A stretch of DNA of 63,974 bases, the filler included, from Barthelona sp. PAP020 (taxonomy: Eukaryota), in assembly GCA_040182905.1 (NCBI GenBank). It is 3 parts of 3 records of this genome, joined end to end, with 100 filler letters (N's around TTAATTAATTAA, not from the genome) between each part and the next. Parts side by side here need not be neighbours in the genome. Positions count along the whole stretch, not along the records: positions 1 to 24,895 come from JARQWU010000149.1; 2 more parts are not named here. One strand, given 5' to 3'. Made by a program: the position numbers and the translations under genes. The notes beneath the pieces were generated by a model. It saw nothing but the letters and a program-made list of their open reading frames with translations. It was not told the origin of the DNA and did not search any database. Positions 1 through 15,000 of this stretch are shown here, piece by piece (positions within the stretch are counted from its first letter, which is position 1; the number at the start of each line of letters is the position of its first letter).

Positions 1-3000
1 GAAAAGTCCTTCATTTACATTCAGAGTGGAGTTTGTTCCATGTAACTCAACATTTCCTGTCGTAACTATCACAGATGTTGGTTTGGTTGTGTTTAAAATA
101 GTATTGTTGAAAATAACTTGGTTGGTACCAATTTCAAAAGTGTTGTTGATGTGAATTTTCATGTTGTTGAAAGATCTTTCATTGGATGATCCTGCAACCT
201 TTCCTTCAATAATAGTCAAGAATATACCACTCGCTTCAATACTTTCAATATTGGTTGAATTAACAATTAAATGTTCTGTACCTGTGACAACCCCCTTTTT
301 AATCAACGAATTGTTAATGATCAATGGACATAAAGAACTGGATACATTAAGAATACCTGCATTGTAGAAATTAATGTGTGAAAATTCATGATTTGAACAA
401 TTGATATTTCCAAAACTGACAGATCCTCCAGAAATATCAAAATTCATGGGATGAATATAAACTTGCTCATCAAAAACCAAATGCCCCTCACTATGAACAT
501 AATCGGAAGCATTATATTTAAATTGCATCTCGTTGATTTCTAAAGTTCCATTTACGTCAAAATCTAAAATTGAACCAGTATGTAAAAATAACATTGTTTC
601 CAAACTTCCTTTGAAGAATACTTTTTGAGATTCAAGAATTTTAATTCCAGCATCTGGTAAAATGTCGATTGAACCTTCAAAATATGATCCACTTCCATCA
701 AAAGTGACCAAGCCTTTTTCAATCAATAATTTTCCCTCTTCAAGTTGATTAATACGGCTTAGAAGATACAGCAAATTATTGTTACCACAAACTGGTTTGT
801 TTATTAATCCTCTATTTACTATCAAGCCATTGCCTTTAAATACAGTTTCGCCACACAATCTGATGTACCCATCAATCAAGTTATTAAGGATAAAATCTTC
901 ATTAAAAATGACAATGGATTTAGCGTCAACGATCATTTCATATTCATTGTTAACAACGCCCGAATTAAGTACAGTTAAAGTATTTGGATCTTGAATAATA
1001 AATGCCTCTGCAATATTAGTTACACCACCATCAATACAACCATCATTGATAATTAACTTGTTTATATTCAAAGTACCAGTTCCAACACGACAAGAACCAC
1101 AATCTAATATCATGATATTAGCTTCTTGTTCACCTAAAATTGTAACATTCGGTCCACAGACAGATATGGTGGTTTCAGCACAAAAGGTGGCATCAGGAGT
1201 AAAAATAACAGCTCCAATTCCTTCAATAACTGAATTTCCTGTGATGCAAAAATCACCACCAAAGATGAAAGTCTTTTTTTCATTAAAATAAACAGAAATA
1301 TCTTCTCCAACCAATCTTGATCCTTTTAAAAACACATAATCTTCATCAATTTTGAGCATTTGTGTAACATTCACAACTCCACTGATTGCCATACCTCCAG
1401 CAGTCGCTGAAAAATATTTCCAATTTGCCAATATTGAATTGCTCTTTTGGAAAAATCTCCAACCAACATCAACACCAAGGGCCAATTTATTACCAAACAT
1501 TTCTCCATCATTTATTAATGATGGCATATAATTGTGCTCAGTAATATTGTATGATATTCCCTCAATTGTATATGTTTTTATTGTTGGAGTTGGATAAATC
1601 ACATGTTCTAAATCATCTAAAGTCCACACTGATCCGTAGCTCAAGTTAAATCTACCAGTATTTATAAATGCGGCACCAAATGCACCCAAAAATTTGGTAC
1701 GTATACGAGTTTCACAGTATCCAGCATTTTCATAAATACATTGATCAAGCATACTTACTTCTATTTGTGGCCCACCTATGACACCTGGTGGATTCCAAAT
1801 GTCAGGACCCAAATCTTTTTCAAAGACGGTGTCTCCCAAACAAATAGTTGTTCCTGTTTCACAACAACCTCCACCAGACCACATTGTTTGATAATTTACC
1901 GTAAAATTATCAGTACCACCACGGAAACCACCTTCAAATGATAAATAATCCACAGAAACTTGTCTTTCATTGTAAAACAATGCATAACCCTTTACCAATT
2001 TCATGTTTGAAAAAGAAATGTCCTCGCTTTGCTTTAAGAAAGTGATATTTGCACCAGCAATTGTCAAATCAGCACCTTGGGTGAAGTTGACACCAGCGTG
2101 AACGAATAAATTTCCAATATTCAAACCAGCACGATAATCATCTGCGGCTTGATAGAAATTCACAGTTAAATCATTAAAGTTCATGGTACCATAAATATGA
2201 CCAACTGCATCTTCAGTTACAAATTGAATGGTAGCGGCAGAAGCATCAAATAAAGAACCTTCAGTAAAATTAAATGTCTCTCCGATACCTAATTGAACCA
2301 TAGAAGCTAAAACAAAATTATGATTTGAAAATCCACCTCTATGAACATTAAAATAACCTCCAGAAGCTGTTAAATTGAAATAATTATGCAAAATAATCGA
2401 TAAATTCATGGAAGCTTCAATATTTACAATACCATAATTGATAAAGTAAGCATATACTTCCCTAGTATCTGGATCAGTAATCATATTGATTGGGAACATA
2501 ATATCAATAGTTCCTAATGCATCATTGATGAATCTCGATTGGTTTTCTGCTCTAAATTGTGCATATTCAGAATTAAAATTTGAATCATCAAATAATGTTG
2601 GAGGGAATACAGTGTAATTAAAATTGATAAATGTGGCATTATTCATGAATCTTGAATTGAGACTCCTGTAGATGTACGAAGAATTATGCGAATAAGTTCT
2701 TGAATATGGGCCTAGACCACCACCTCTCCAATGGAATGAATTAAGAACATTCAAAATGTCTTTTCCCATACGATAACCATTTGTCATATAAAAATCGATA
2801 ATGGAACAATTCTTGCTTGTTTCAAATTCAATAATACCACCAGTTAAATTGACTTCTATCAAATCAACAAGAATACTGCCTTCTCTAAAACCACAATATC
2901 CATCAACAATTAATAAATTCGTTAAATCTTCAATTGTGTTTCCTACATCAAATAATAATCTTCCACCGTAAACAGTTACAATCTTAAATGTCTCATAAAT

Positions 3001-6000
3001 ACCAGTTATTGTCACATTACCACTATTGAATACATTCATAAAAGCGTTATTAGTTCGGAATATACTTGATTCATCAAAAATAAGCTCATTAAAAATGGTT
3101 CGATTTTTGTATCCAAAACTAATATTCATTAGTTGATTAATTAAAACTTCTCCTTCAATATTACCACCTCCAAAGAACCAAAATATATTTCCTTCTTCCA
3201 ACAAAAGTTTAGAATTGGTAGTTGCGAAAATGTCATCATGAATCTCCACTGAATAACCGTTGGAAATCAAGGTTGTTTCAACAAGATTGAATGTTCCATT
3301 TCCAAATGGATATCCCTCAATAGAATGATTGGCATATATTCGATAATTATCTAAAATGGTAAAATTGCTAACTTGCAATCTTACAATCTCATTCAAATTT
3401 GGCTTAATGTTCCAAAATACATTTGATAATATGCCACATTGTGTTCTTACAGTGACAAATTGATCAACAAAACCATCAACAATAAATAAGGCAACATGAG
3501 TTTCATCATCAGAACAATCAAACCAAATATTTTGTTCGAAAGTCAAATCTCCGAAGTTTCGTATCAAAGACCTATTGTTAACATAAATTTTTCGCATATC
3601 TTCTGAGGAATTAATAATTTCGGTGGAGATTAACCAATTAACTTGAGAATGTTCAATAACACCACACTGTCCTTCCATCAATATTTGAGAATAAAAGAAA
3701 TTTGTATGCGAATGGTTGCAAAAATACCCAGAATTCCAAAATATGGTTGTTATATTCAACAAACTAGATCCATCTCGTCTAGACTGGTTATTAAAATGCA
3801 TTTCTTTAATAATAGAATCATTCACTGTATTAATCGTCAAATTAGATAAACTGAATATAACATAATCAGATAAAAACTTATAAATATCATGGTTTCCTTC
3901 AATCCATAAAATTGAATCTGCTGCAGATACATTTTGATAATAATTAATGAGAGAATTATATATTTCAACTGTAGAATTCTCTTGAAGTTCCAAATACTTC
4001 ATGGTATCAACAGTGACATTTTCAAACAATATGTTAGAATTGACAAATAACGCAAATTCAATATCATTATTGAAGATAACATCATAGAAGATCAAATCAC
4101 CCATTTCCACTATAATGTTCGAAATGTATGAATTGAATGTTACATTGGACAAAGTGATGCTGGAATTAAGTAAATTGACACTTAAATCTGTTGTAACCAC
4201 ATTGCTTTCAAACGCAGAATCTGTAATATCGCCGATAAAACCTTCAATCACAGTATCTTTAACAAAATAACTGCAATTGACTATATTAACGGTTCTGGTG
4301 AATGAAGAAAAATCTAAAAGTGCACCAAATGTACTACCAGAATAATGTAAAGGCACAATATTCAAATTATTAAATTCAACAAGATTTGAATTGATAAAAT
4401 TGTCAATAAAAGTTACATTACGAACAAACATGATTTCATCAGCCTCAATCACACTATTGGTATAGAAATTCACAGCAAATACAATTATACTTGTGTTAAA
4501 AGTCATACTACCATAATTATACACTTGAGAATAATTTTTCACACCATTGAATTGAACATTAACTTCACTTTCAAACCTATCTTCATTTATTAAACTTCCA
4601 ACACTTATGTTTCTAGCTTCATTTGTATGATTTTTATGAGAATAAAAAGATATTAAACCAAAATTTTCAAATTGACAGTCAACAATTAAATTCATTCGGA
4701 TTGAGGATTGTGAACCCATTTTATTAACAAACGATCCGTTCACAAACCATACAGAAGTTTCAAAAATGAGAATATTTTCATTGACAAAATAACCAACATC
4801 AAAGAAAATTTTTAAATATTCAACACTTTCCAAACTTTCAGGAATTATTTCACTCGTAAACGAGACATTAGCTCTGTTGATCACTTCAGTGTTGAAAAAA
4901 ATACACTTAAAACCATCTAAAGATATTGAACCAATATCTGTGATTATATTTGTTGTACGATATTCAAGGTCAGTTCCAACAAAACAGCCATTTTCCCAAT
5001 ATAAATTATTCATTACAACATAATCATTGCCAGTACGATTTCCCCCGTTCATGTAAAAATTCACTATCGAAGTTGTATTGGTAGTGTCAAAAGACACAAG
5101 ACCTGACAAATTTAACGATTGCAAAATAAGTGAATCATGCAAGGAAACAAATTCAACTCTTCCTTTTTCTTTAATTAAAAGGTTTTCCATTTTCTTCAAA
5201 TGTGTAAAATTGGAAAAAACAGCATATCCTTCAACTTGCAATGGTTCTTCTTTGATCCAAATGAATGCATTCATGAAAAAAGCAGTTCCTTCTTCTTCAA
5301 TCATTACATTGTTATGCACCGAAATATTAGCATTGATAAATTGATGTAAACCATCTTCAAAACGCAAATTTGAATTATCAAATGTTTGCAAGAATCCATA
5401 CCAAGAAGAATCATTTGTGAAGTGAACTGAGCTTCCATAAACATGTGTTATCGAAGAATCAAAGCAATTAAATACAACAGTTGATTTAAAATCAGATGTT
5501 ATGTTCAAAAATCCATAATTATTGAAAGTGGAACAATTATCCAAAGGAATAAACCATATTGATTGACAAGTAGACATATTGATAAGATTTGTAAAATTCT
5601 TAACAGTAATAGTCGGAATATACATATCATTGTCGGAACAAACAAAATTAATATCACCATAATTAATCAACTGACTGCTATTCTTTGATTTCAATGAATA
5701 AAAAATCTCCATTGTTCCAAAATTCAAGAATTTTCCAGAATAAAGCTCCCAATTTGTTTGAACAATTACTTTTCCAGTATTATTAAAAAAAGCATCGCTT
5801 CCAAATTCTAACAAAAACCAAGGCTTATCATCAGGATCAATAATTGTTGAATCTTCACATTCAATGTACAAAATACCTTCATTCCAAAGACTGACATTTT
5901 CATTCAATTTTACAGGAGAATGCCTGAAAAACATTTCGCCTTTATTAACTAATTTCAAACTATCATGAAAGTATGATGCATTTACAACCAAATTAGAATG

Positions 6001-9000
6001 GAATAATACGGTATCTGTACCAAAAAAGTGTGTTTCAACAAAAGTCATATTCTTTAATTCAATTAACGCACCAGCATACAAGTGAATGTTTGAATTTTCA
6101 ACATAAAAGCTTTCACTGCTTCCAATTTGAATAGAATTGTTGAAATAGATAACACTATTGGATATTGTCCAATTTGCAATTTTGAAATCAGAATTCTTAA
6201 AAACAACCAAAGAATCTGTTATGTAAATGTTCGCAATGTCTATATCAATCATATTTTCAAAATACATTTCGGTCCCTTCAATATAAAAGTCAGTACAAGA
6301 ACTAAACTGACCTCTAAATTCAACAGGTTGATCCAAAACTTGCAATTGTCCTTGACATGAAAATATTTTACTTTTTTCTGTAAAATTATAGATTCCTTCA
6401 ACTTTAGCATATTCGTACTGTCCACTTGAATAATTTCTAAATCTTGAAATCAACTCCAAAACCAATTTTGCTGAAGTATCTCTCATATAGAAACTACCTT
6501 CATGAATTCCATAAAAATATAAGAAAACACTACCCAACTTAATATCCCAAATGCTATTGTTATTGGAGTGTACATGTGTATAAAAACGAACAATCGCATC
6601 ATTGTAAACAACAGTTTTATTGAAATTAAAAAATTCTGATCCATAAAAAGAAACGTGTGCACGAATGTTCACATTTCCATAATTTTTAAAATTAGAAGCA
6701 ACAAATGTTCTGAAATTTGTGATGTGCTCAGGTAGCGTGTCAATAGTTAAAGTGTTATTATTTTCAAAGAAAGAAGTGAATCTCATGTTCGCTTTTATGG
6801 TGATATCACCTTGATTAATAAAGAAAGATTCAGCACTTTCATCAAACATAAAATTAGTTGCAAACAACAACGTTCCACCAGGTTTATTAATTAATTTTGC
6901 ATTAGAATTCATTCTTATTTTAATTGTAGGCATTAAAGATATGGCACGATATTGAAGTTGTTCCACAAATTCAATAAGATGGAAATTAATTAGTGTAGCA
7001 TTGTTACCCATAACAACATTATCAACACGATAAACAACAGAATTTCCTTTCAACAAAGTTGTGGAATTTTCACCAAATCCTCCCCCATGCCAAATAAATT
7101 CTCCAGAAATATTCAATTGATCATTTCCTTTTCGATACGAATTGTACAAAGTCACTTGATTCACTTCCATAACAAACCCTGTATTCAATGTAAAATTGGT
7201 AAAATAGTCCAAATATAATGTATTGACACCATTTAACGTTGAACCATTAGTAAATGTAATGTTAGAATTATACGATGTCAAATTAACAAATTGGACATTT
7301 GATCCATTAGAAGAATAGAAATCCACCTCTTTTAAGTAAACTGAATTTTTTACAATGAAAATACCAGATATGTTCACGTCTGTGGGGGGATAAACTTCTA
7401 AATTTCCATATTCTAACAAAACAAAAGAATTGATACCAAATGTCATCATTGGAATTCCATCATACTCAAAGAAATATGAAAAATAGTCCTCTTCTCCAAT
7501 GTAAAGATTGGAAGTCTCATTAAGAATCAGTAATTCACCATTGATGTTACCACCTTGTCTGAAAACAACATCTCCAGTGTTGATAATAAGTTGTCCTCCT
7601 TTTTCTAATGTGAAGAAAATCTCAAATATGATCATCGTTGAGGGATACTCCACAAAAAACATACCATTGTTAACAAAGAATGATCTTATAGGGGTAGGAC
7701 CTCTCCATCTTAAAACACTGGTACAAGTTGTTGTTCCATCACTATTTGAAGAACACACGTTTTCCCAATAATTGCTGGAGATACGTCCTTCCATTTCAAA
7801 AGAACCAAAAATTTTAAGAATACCACTATTTATCATGGTTGTGCCTTGATAAAATCGCAAATTTCCCGAGAAATTAACAGTCATATTGCCAAAATTTTCA
7901 AAAACAGAATAAGTTGACAATTCTTTGGTGGAAATACCGGTAAGTAAAGTGTAATTGAGTGAATTTACTTTTAAATATTGACCATATAACGTGCCTCCCT
8001 CCCAAATAAATTCTTTTGTAATATTTACCGTTGTAAACATGCCACTTGGACTACCTAATGATCCACTGCTCAAATATAATATGGGGATATTGATGAAAGG
8101 ATATTCATAAAAATATAGTGTTCCACCACTAATACGTACCAAATAAGGTTCTAATTCTCGTTTAATCGCATGAACATAAATGTTTCCACCATTTAGCGTC
8201 ATGTTTTTAAATAACGCGTCACTTCCATCCAAAAAATTCATTGTACCACCAGTTAACAACAAATTAGGAAAATCTAATAAAGAATCAAGTTGAAAAGCAA
8301 TGACTGGAGAGGTTCTGTAAGAATAATAAGACCAACTACAACTTGTATAGTATTTGCAACGGAGTCTTCCAAAAATACTGACACAACTATACCTGTGAGA
8401 AACACAACGTAAATAGCCCTTATAACGAGACATAGAAAAGAAATCAAATGTTGGCACATTTGAATTATTGTATGAAAACCCTTTTGCCAAGGTAACATTC
8501 CCATATATTTTACATTCCAATGTATAACAACTGTAGCCTTTCCAAGAACCACCTGAATACATAATAATTGAAGAAGTTCCATCAAGACTAACACCAACCT
8601 TGGGAAACATAGTTCCATAGACATTTATAATTGAGTTTTCCAAAATTTTAAATCCACGATCATATAATTGAATTTCACCAATACTGGTGATATTCATTGT
8701 ACCTTTGAAATCAACTTCTAAATTTGACTTTGTTTCTTCATAGGTTAAGAATGTCCAAGCATTATCAACAAAACTAATATAATGATCAGTAGCTTCACTA
8801 TCCCTGGAATCATCTTTAAAAGTTTTCATGTAATGACAAGTTGGTTTATGTATTTTTAACATAATCGGTTGTGGAGGGTGATCGGAACACCAACTGTTTC
8901 CTTCAGCACAACCCAATGTCCAAGATCCATAATTATCGGCATAAATATCAGTACCTGTGGGTGTTGGATTGGATCTGAAAAGAATCACTCCGTCAATTGT

Positions 9001-12000
9001 TGCATTTGCATAAATATGAATTTTGTTAAGACCATTACAAGCAAATATTTCAAACATTCCTTCCACATAGAATTCTCCATTCAATGTTAAAGTGTGATTA
9101 TCACCCATTACACGAGCACTTAACCCACTAAAAGTGCTTTTTTCAGCAACTACTGTTTCAGCGGGACCAAGAAATCCTCCACTTATCCAAATCAACTCAT
9201 TAACAAACACACGATCAGTCCCATCTCTCCATCCACCATCAATTATCAAGCGTTCCAAATGCAAATCAGTATCAGTATCAAAAATAACGTAACCTCCAGT
9301 GATTTTAATTTCATTATATTCAACAGACTTTGAAATTTGACTGAATGATGTAATTCCACCAGTAACAAGCAAAGTTTTCATCTTCATTTCTTCTTCAAAA
9401 ACATCAAAAATGATACGTCCAGTATCAGAATTCACAGCGGTATTGACGGTCCATTTTCCAAGATTTTCAGCTTTTATATTATACAATGTAATAGTTCCTT
9501 TAGAACAATACAAATTTACAACTGATAAAATAGCTCCTGAAAACAAAGTTTGTGCATTGACATCTTGTTTATAAGTATCACTGAGCAAGAAAGTACCATA
9601 AATATAAATAGAACAACCATCAAAGTACTTTAACTCTCCCAATCCTTGTAAACGACCATTTGAATTCAGAGAAAATTTATAGTTTGCAGGAATATAAAGT
9701 AAAGAATTTTGATCAAGATAGATAGTGGATGAAACTTCAGCATTGTTCGCAACATAACAATTGCAACTCTCTTTGAAAGTGATAACACCAGTTGATTGAT
9801 AGACTGTGCTATATGGGAAGGAAAAAGAACATTCAGGATTGAATTTTCCTCCAATAATTAAGGTTGCACCTGTCATATAAGAAAAAACTCTGTTGCTAGA
9901 AATGTTCACCATTCCAGATGGATAAATTTGGAAATATCCATACAAATACAATGTAACTCCAACCTTAGAACCATTTGACGATAAAAATACATTTCCAAAT
10001 ATTTTAATATTCTTAAAGGTATTGATGGCACTACTGTTCAATGTCAAATTGTACACATTAACATGATCAAGGGTTGCTTTATTGAGAATTGACTTTTCTA
10101 AAACAATCGTATCAGATCCTGAAATACCACCCCAAATTATATTTAAATTATGGATCAATGCTGTTTTATCACCAGATACACTTCTAAAATCGAAAGAAGC
10201 ACCATTATTGAGTTCCAAATATTCAGCTTCAAAATATGTAGCTTGTGTAAAAGTGCCACCGAAGTAAAATAATCCACCTGAAGTAAAAACTAAATCTTCA
10301 TCTGAAAAAATTCGATAACTAAGGAAGTTTCGATAGAAATGATAACAGGAGGTTGAAGATACATGATTATAAATTGGCAAATTATTCTTAATATTGTCAA
10401 AAATAAAGGCAGATCTCTCATTTGAATGGCAATTAATTTCGGTAGTCATATCAACAGATGTGTTAAAAGTTGAAGATTGAAACATGGCGCAACCTTTTTT
10501 GTTTAGCAAAGACATAATGTTATGTGTGCTTCCACTACCCAAACCAAACGCACCATTTTCATCAATGGTTACTGTTTCAGGATAAAAATGCCCAAAAATT
10601 CTTGGGGTCATTACATCAAAATTACTGCTGAATTCAGAATCGTGATTTTTAAACGTCACATGTGCTGTTCTTGTTCCAAAGGTGGTTTGTGTTTCACTGA
10701 TAAGTAAACCACCATCAAATACAATGTTGCTATTTTCAGCAAAATCAACAACAGACCAAGCTGTATCAGTTTTTGTCAAATGAACGGTATTCTTGAAAGT
10801 AACATCACCTGATTCAAACTTGACAGAAGAACCACCATAAACTAAAAAGGAACAATAACAAGTAAATCCTTTTTTGAAAATTAGATTGGATCCATAAGAT
10901 ACTTGAATAGAAAACTTTGTGGAAGAAACAAAGGAATCTTCAAAAATACCTTTTGAATTATCAGTAAAAAACAGAATGCTTGATCCAATCACATTGGCAT
11001 TCCATACAGAATCAACAGTCATATTTTCATGAACAGTAAATTTCACATACTGAGCTTTAAAATCATGATTTCCACTCACAGCTAATACTTGAATATCAAT
11101 ATTAAAATAATTTGAAGAACAAACTACATTTCCACCATTCCAATAAAAATAATGCGTTGAAATCTTTCCTGTTGTGGTCCCCAAAATTTCACCTCCATTT
11201 GAAAGAAATACCTCAAATGTATTGATAATTGAGTTCATACTCATCAAACTTCCAGACGGAATATATATTCTATCCACATAAATCGCTTCACTTATATCAG
11301 ACAAATATAAATTTGCTCCAAAAGTTTGAAGAATAGTTGGCAGAGTAACTTGAGTGACATCTATAATTTTAACATCTTGAATTGTTGTATAATCGGGTAA
11401 AGCTAAAGTTTCACCGTTGTTTATTTGAACCAAACCTTTGAAATATGCATGTTTTGTGATAAAAATGTCAAAATCAGAAATTTCAAAATCTCCAACCACA
11501 TTTAATAAATCAATATTAACATTATTCAATGAATCAAAATGAAGTTTTTCTTCACTCAGATGTGTAAAATTTGATCCAATGAAATTTCCTTGGAAAAAAT
11601 GAATGGATGCGTTTTCAAAATTCGTAAAATTAGATATCTTAAAATTAACTCCTCTTGTTGAAAAGTCTCGAATCAATTTTTCATTATCAACATTTCCAGC
11701 AATCAATTGGGAACTCCATTTATTTGCACTTGAAGAATATAATGTGATCGTACCATCATTGAAAATGTATTCACAGGTTAACCCAATTACACTCAAACGG
11801 AAATTCCCATAATTTGCTACAGTGATACTATCTAAAGTAATAAGACAATTAGATTGAATTGTCAATGAACCATTACTTAACGAAATATACTGCATTGCCA
11901 AAGTAGGACAAAAATTATCAAATGAAACAACACCGGTTGATATTTCAATTGCTTGAAAACCTAATCTTGCAGTATCTCTAAATTGAATAGAAGCATCAGG

Positions 12001-15000
12001 ATTGGAATATTCAAAAATTGGAACATTATAACCACCTTCGACAATAACTGGGGCGTCAGTAAATATGTTTCTTAATGAAGTGATTGTACCAGATTCATGA
12101 ATCCAAATCACATTATCAGTGGCATTAGAAGATCGATTTAAGTAACCAGTCTCTGACAAATATATTTCACCAAAGACATCAACAGTTTCATCAATATACA
12201 TAACTCCGAAAATTGTAACATCACCACCTTCAGCAATTTCCAAACCATCATGGAAAGTTAACGATGCATTTGAATTTACAACTAATTGCCCACCATCTGT
12301 AATAATGATTTTGTTATTAATTTCCACATCACCAGAAATATTTAAAACACCTCCTATCTTAATCTCTTCAGATTTAATTACTGCTGAGGGTCGAACATTA
12401 AACGTTGCATTTTGATGAACATATGAATCATCGGCAAGATCAGTAAACCTTGCTTTATCATAAATGGATACATTATGATAATTCTGAATTATCATTGGAA
12501 GTTCAAAAACAGTATTACTCAACTGTTCAAACAACGCATAGTTATAAAGCCTGTATATGGATTTATAAGGATGTTGTCCTGCATAATAAAGAACATTATT
12601 GACAGTGTTCCCAATGTTTATTCCACCATAATTAACAAAAATATGATTAGAATCAACTACATGAGAAGTATGTGAGGTGATTCTTGTAAAATTCAAAAAT
12701 CCATAATTGATCATTGTAAGAGTATCAAAAACTTCCAAAGAAACATCAAAACTGCCAACTAATGAATAAAATGAAATAAAACTCTTCTTTCTCACAATTA
12801 TTGAGTTTTGAAGAACTATTTTATCAATATAAGCGTAACAACCTGATAATTCAATGGAATTAACTTCAACTAAAGAGATATTTGTGAAAAAGTTTGAATA
12901 AACTGGTATTAATGGAGGTTTATTGGTAGAAAAAAATGATCCAAAGTAATAAGATCCTCCTAATTTTAGAATGTTTGTAACAACATTGGAAATTAAAATT
13001 TTACCAAGATGTGAGCTGACGTTAACTGAATTGCTGACATTGATACATTCAATCGCTACATAATTACAAGATTGGCAAATGACAGAAAGATCTGTAGAAA
13101 TCATTAAATTTATATTACCAACGCTGCTACTGCCTTCCATTAACAACATTAATGAATCAGTAACATTAAAATCCATTCCAAAACTTCCTTCAACTCGTAC
13201 ATTACATGTTTTACCAATAATTTTGGAGTTAACACTCCCAGTTATTAAAGATCCAGTTGCACGTATATCAAAATATCCTCCATCACAATAAAAATCATGA
13301 ATAAAATTCATAACACCGTGAATAGTATAAACACCACCCATTCTGAAAATATTGGTTACAACAGTTTCTCCATCAAGAAGAGTATTTATGCCTACTTCAA
13401 ATGTCAACATATTGATATTTGCTGTTAAAAATAGCTTACCAGATACAATAAAATCGTAACGATAATTGTCAACAAAAAAAGATTCACTCAGTTCACAATT
13501 GAAGGTAGCATTATCCAAAACATACAATTTACCGAGTTTTTCACCAATTAATGGTTCAGCACGTAACCTTCCTGTATTAAATAAACATTCAGAAACACAA
13601 CTATGGGAACCTTTTAAAATTTTTTCATCGTTTGATAAAGTTTCAGTGTTGTCAAGAATATATCTGGACGTTTCATCAGATTCAATAGTTCCAGAATACC
13701 ATTTATGTGTGGAAACAGTGTGATAAGTGACATCATATATTTTTATTTCAGCATAGGTTCTTTGAATAAGTAAATTGATGGCAAAATCAAACAAGTCATC
13801 AAAAGTAACAACTGCGCCAACAATGTTAATTTCATCAATATTTAAAAATGTGTTTCCATTAGAAAACTCTAATTGTCCATTGGTTGATTGAATAGTGTTA
13901 ATTGTAGTCCTTTGGGCATGTGAAAAAATGAACTTTCCATGAACAACTAAAGAATCGATATTTACACCAAAAATATCAATAAACTGAATAAAATTTTCCA
14001 AATCAAGAGTATCTTCAACATTTTTGATGTCAAAAATTCCTGAATTATACGAACGCAACTCGATTGTACCACGAACCTTAAGATTTGCAACATTAAAATG
14101 TTCAAATATCAATAAACTCAAAGATTCACCAAATATTGAAGCATTTGAAATATTAAAACTGTTAAAGAAAGTCAAAGTGTTACTGGAACAATTATCCATT
14201 GTTAAATTACGAACAGATATATCACAACCTCTATTTAAGCCTAAATTCATGGTAGACATTACGATTTCATAATTATTAAAGGTTGAACGAATCATTGTGA
14301 AATTATCAACATCAACATATCCACCATAACCAACAAAAACTGAACTTTCGTTAATAACAATCAATTTTGCAAGTAACCATTGTTTTTTGATGAGCCAAGT
14401 TGATCTATAAATTAAAATAGTATTCAATTCACCAAAATTATTGCTCTCAAAGATTACTTTTTCATCTTTACTGTTCAAAATACTGATATTAACACAATTT
14501 TTGAAATCAGTACTTTCAAAATAAAAGGATTTGATGTCATCCAAAATTAAGGAAACAAAATTGAATGATGAATCTTTGATCATTAAATTCGATGAAACAG
14601 CATTAAATACAGTACCAATAAAAGTAATATCTTCTGAAGAATATGGATTAAAGTTAAATTCATCAAAACTAACAACAGAATTGATGAAACTAACATTATT
14701 TATATGATGAGAAGAACTGCTAGCAGTTATATAAGAATCAATCACATTAATATATTCAAGATAATCAAAATTTACATTGAAAAAAGTTAAATTAGATTGA
14801 TTTGTAACATTAATACCACGAATATTCAAAGAACAATGATCCAAGAAATATTCAGACTTTCTTTCAACTACTAAAACACCTTCAATATTTGAATCAGTAG
14901 ATTGACAATGAAAAATTGAATTGTCAGATTTTATAGAATATAAACTTGAAGTTGATTCATAAATTTTGAGGGAAGAGTATCGTTGTTCAATTGTTTTGAT

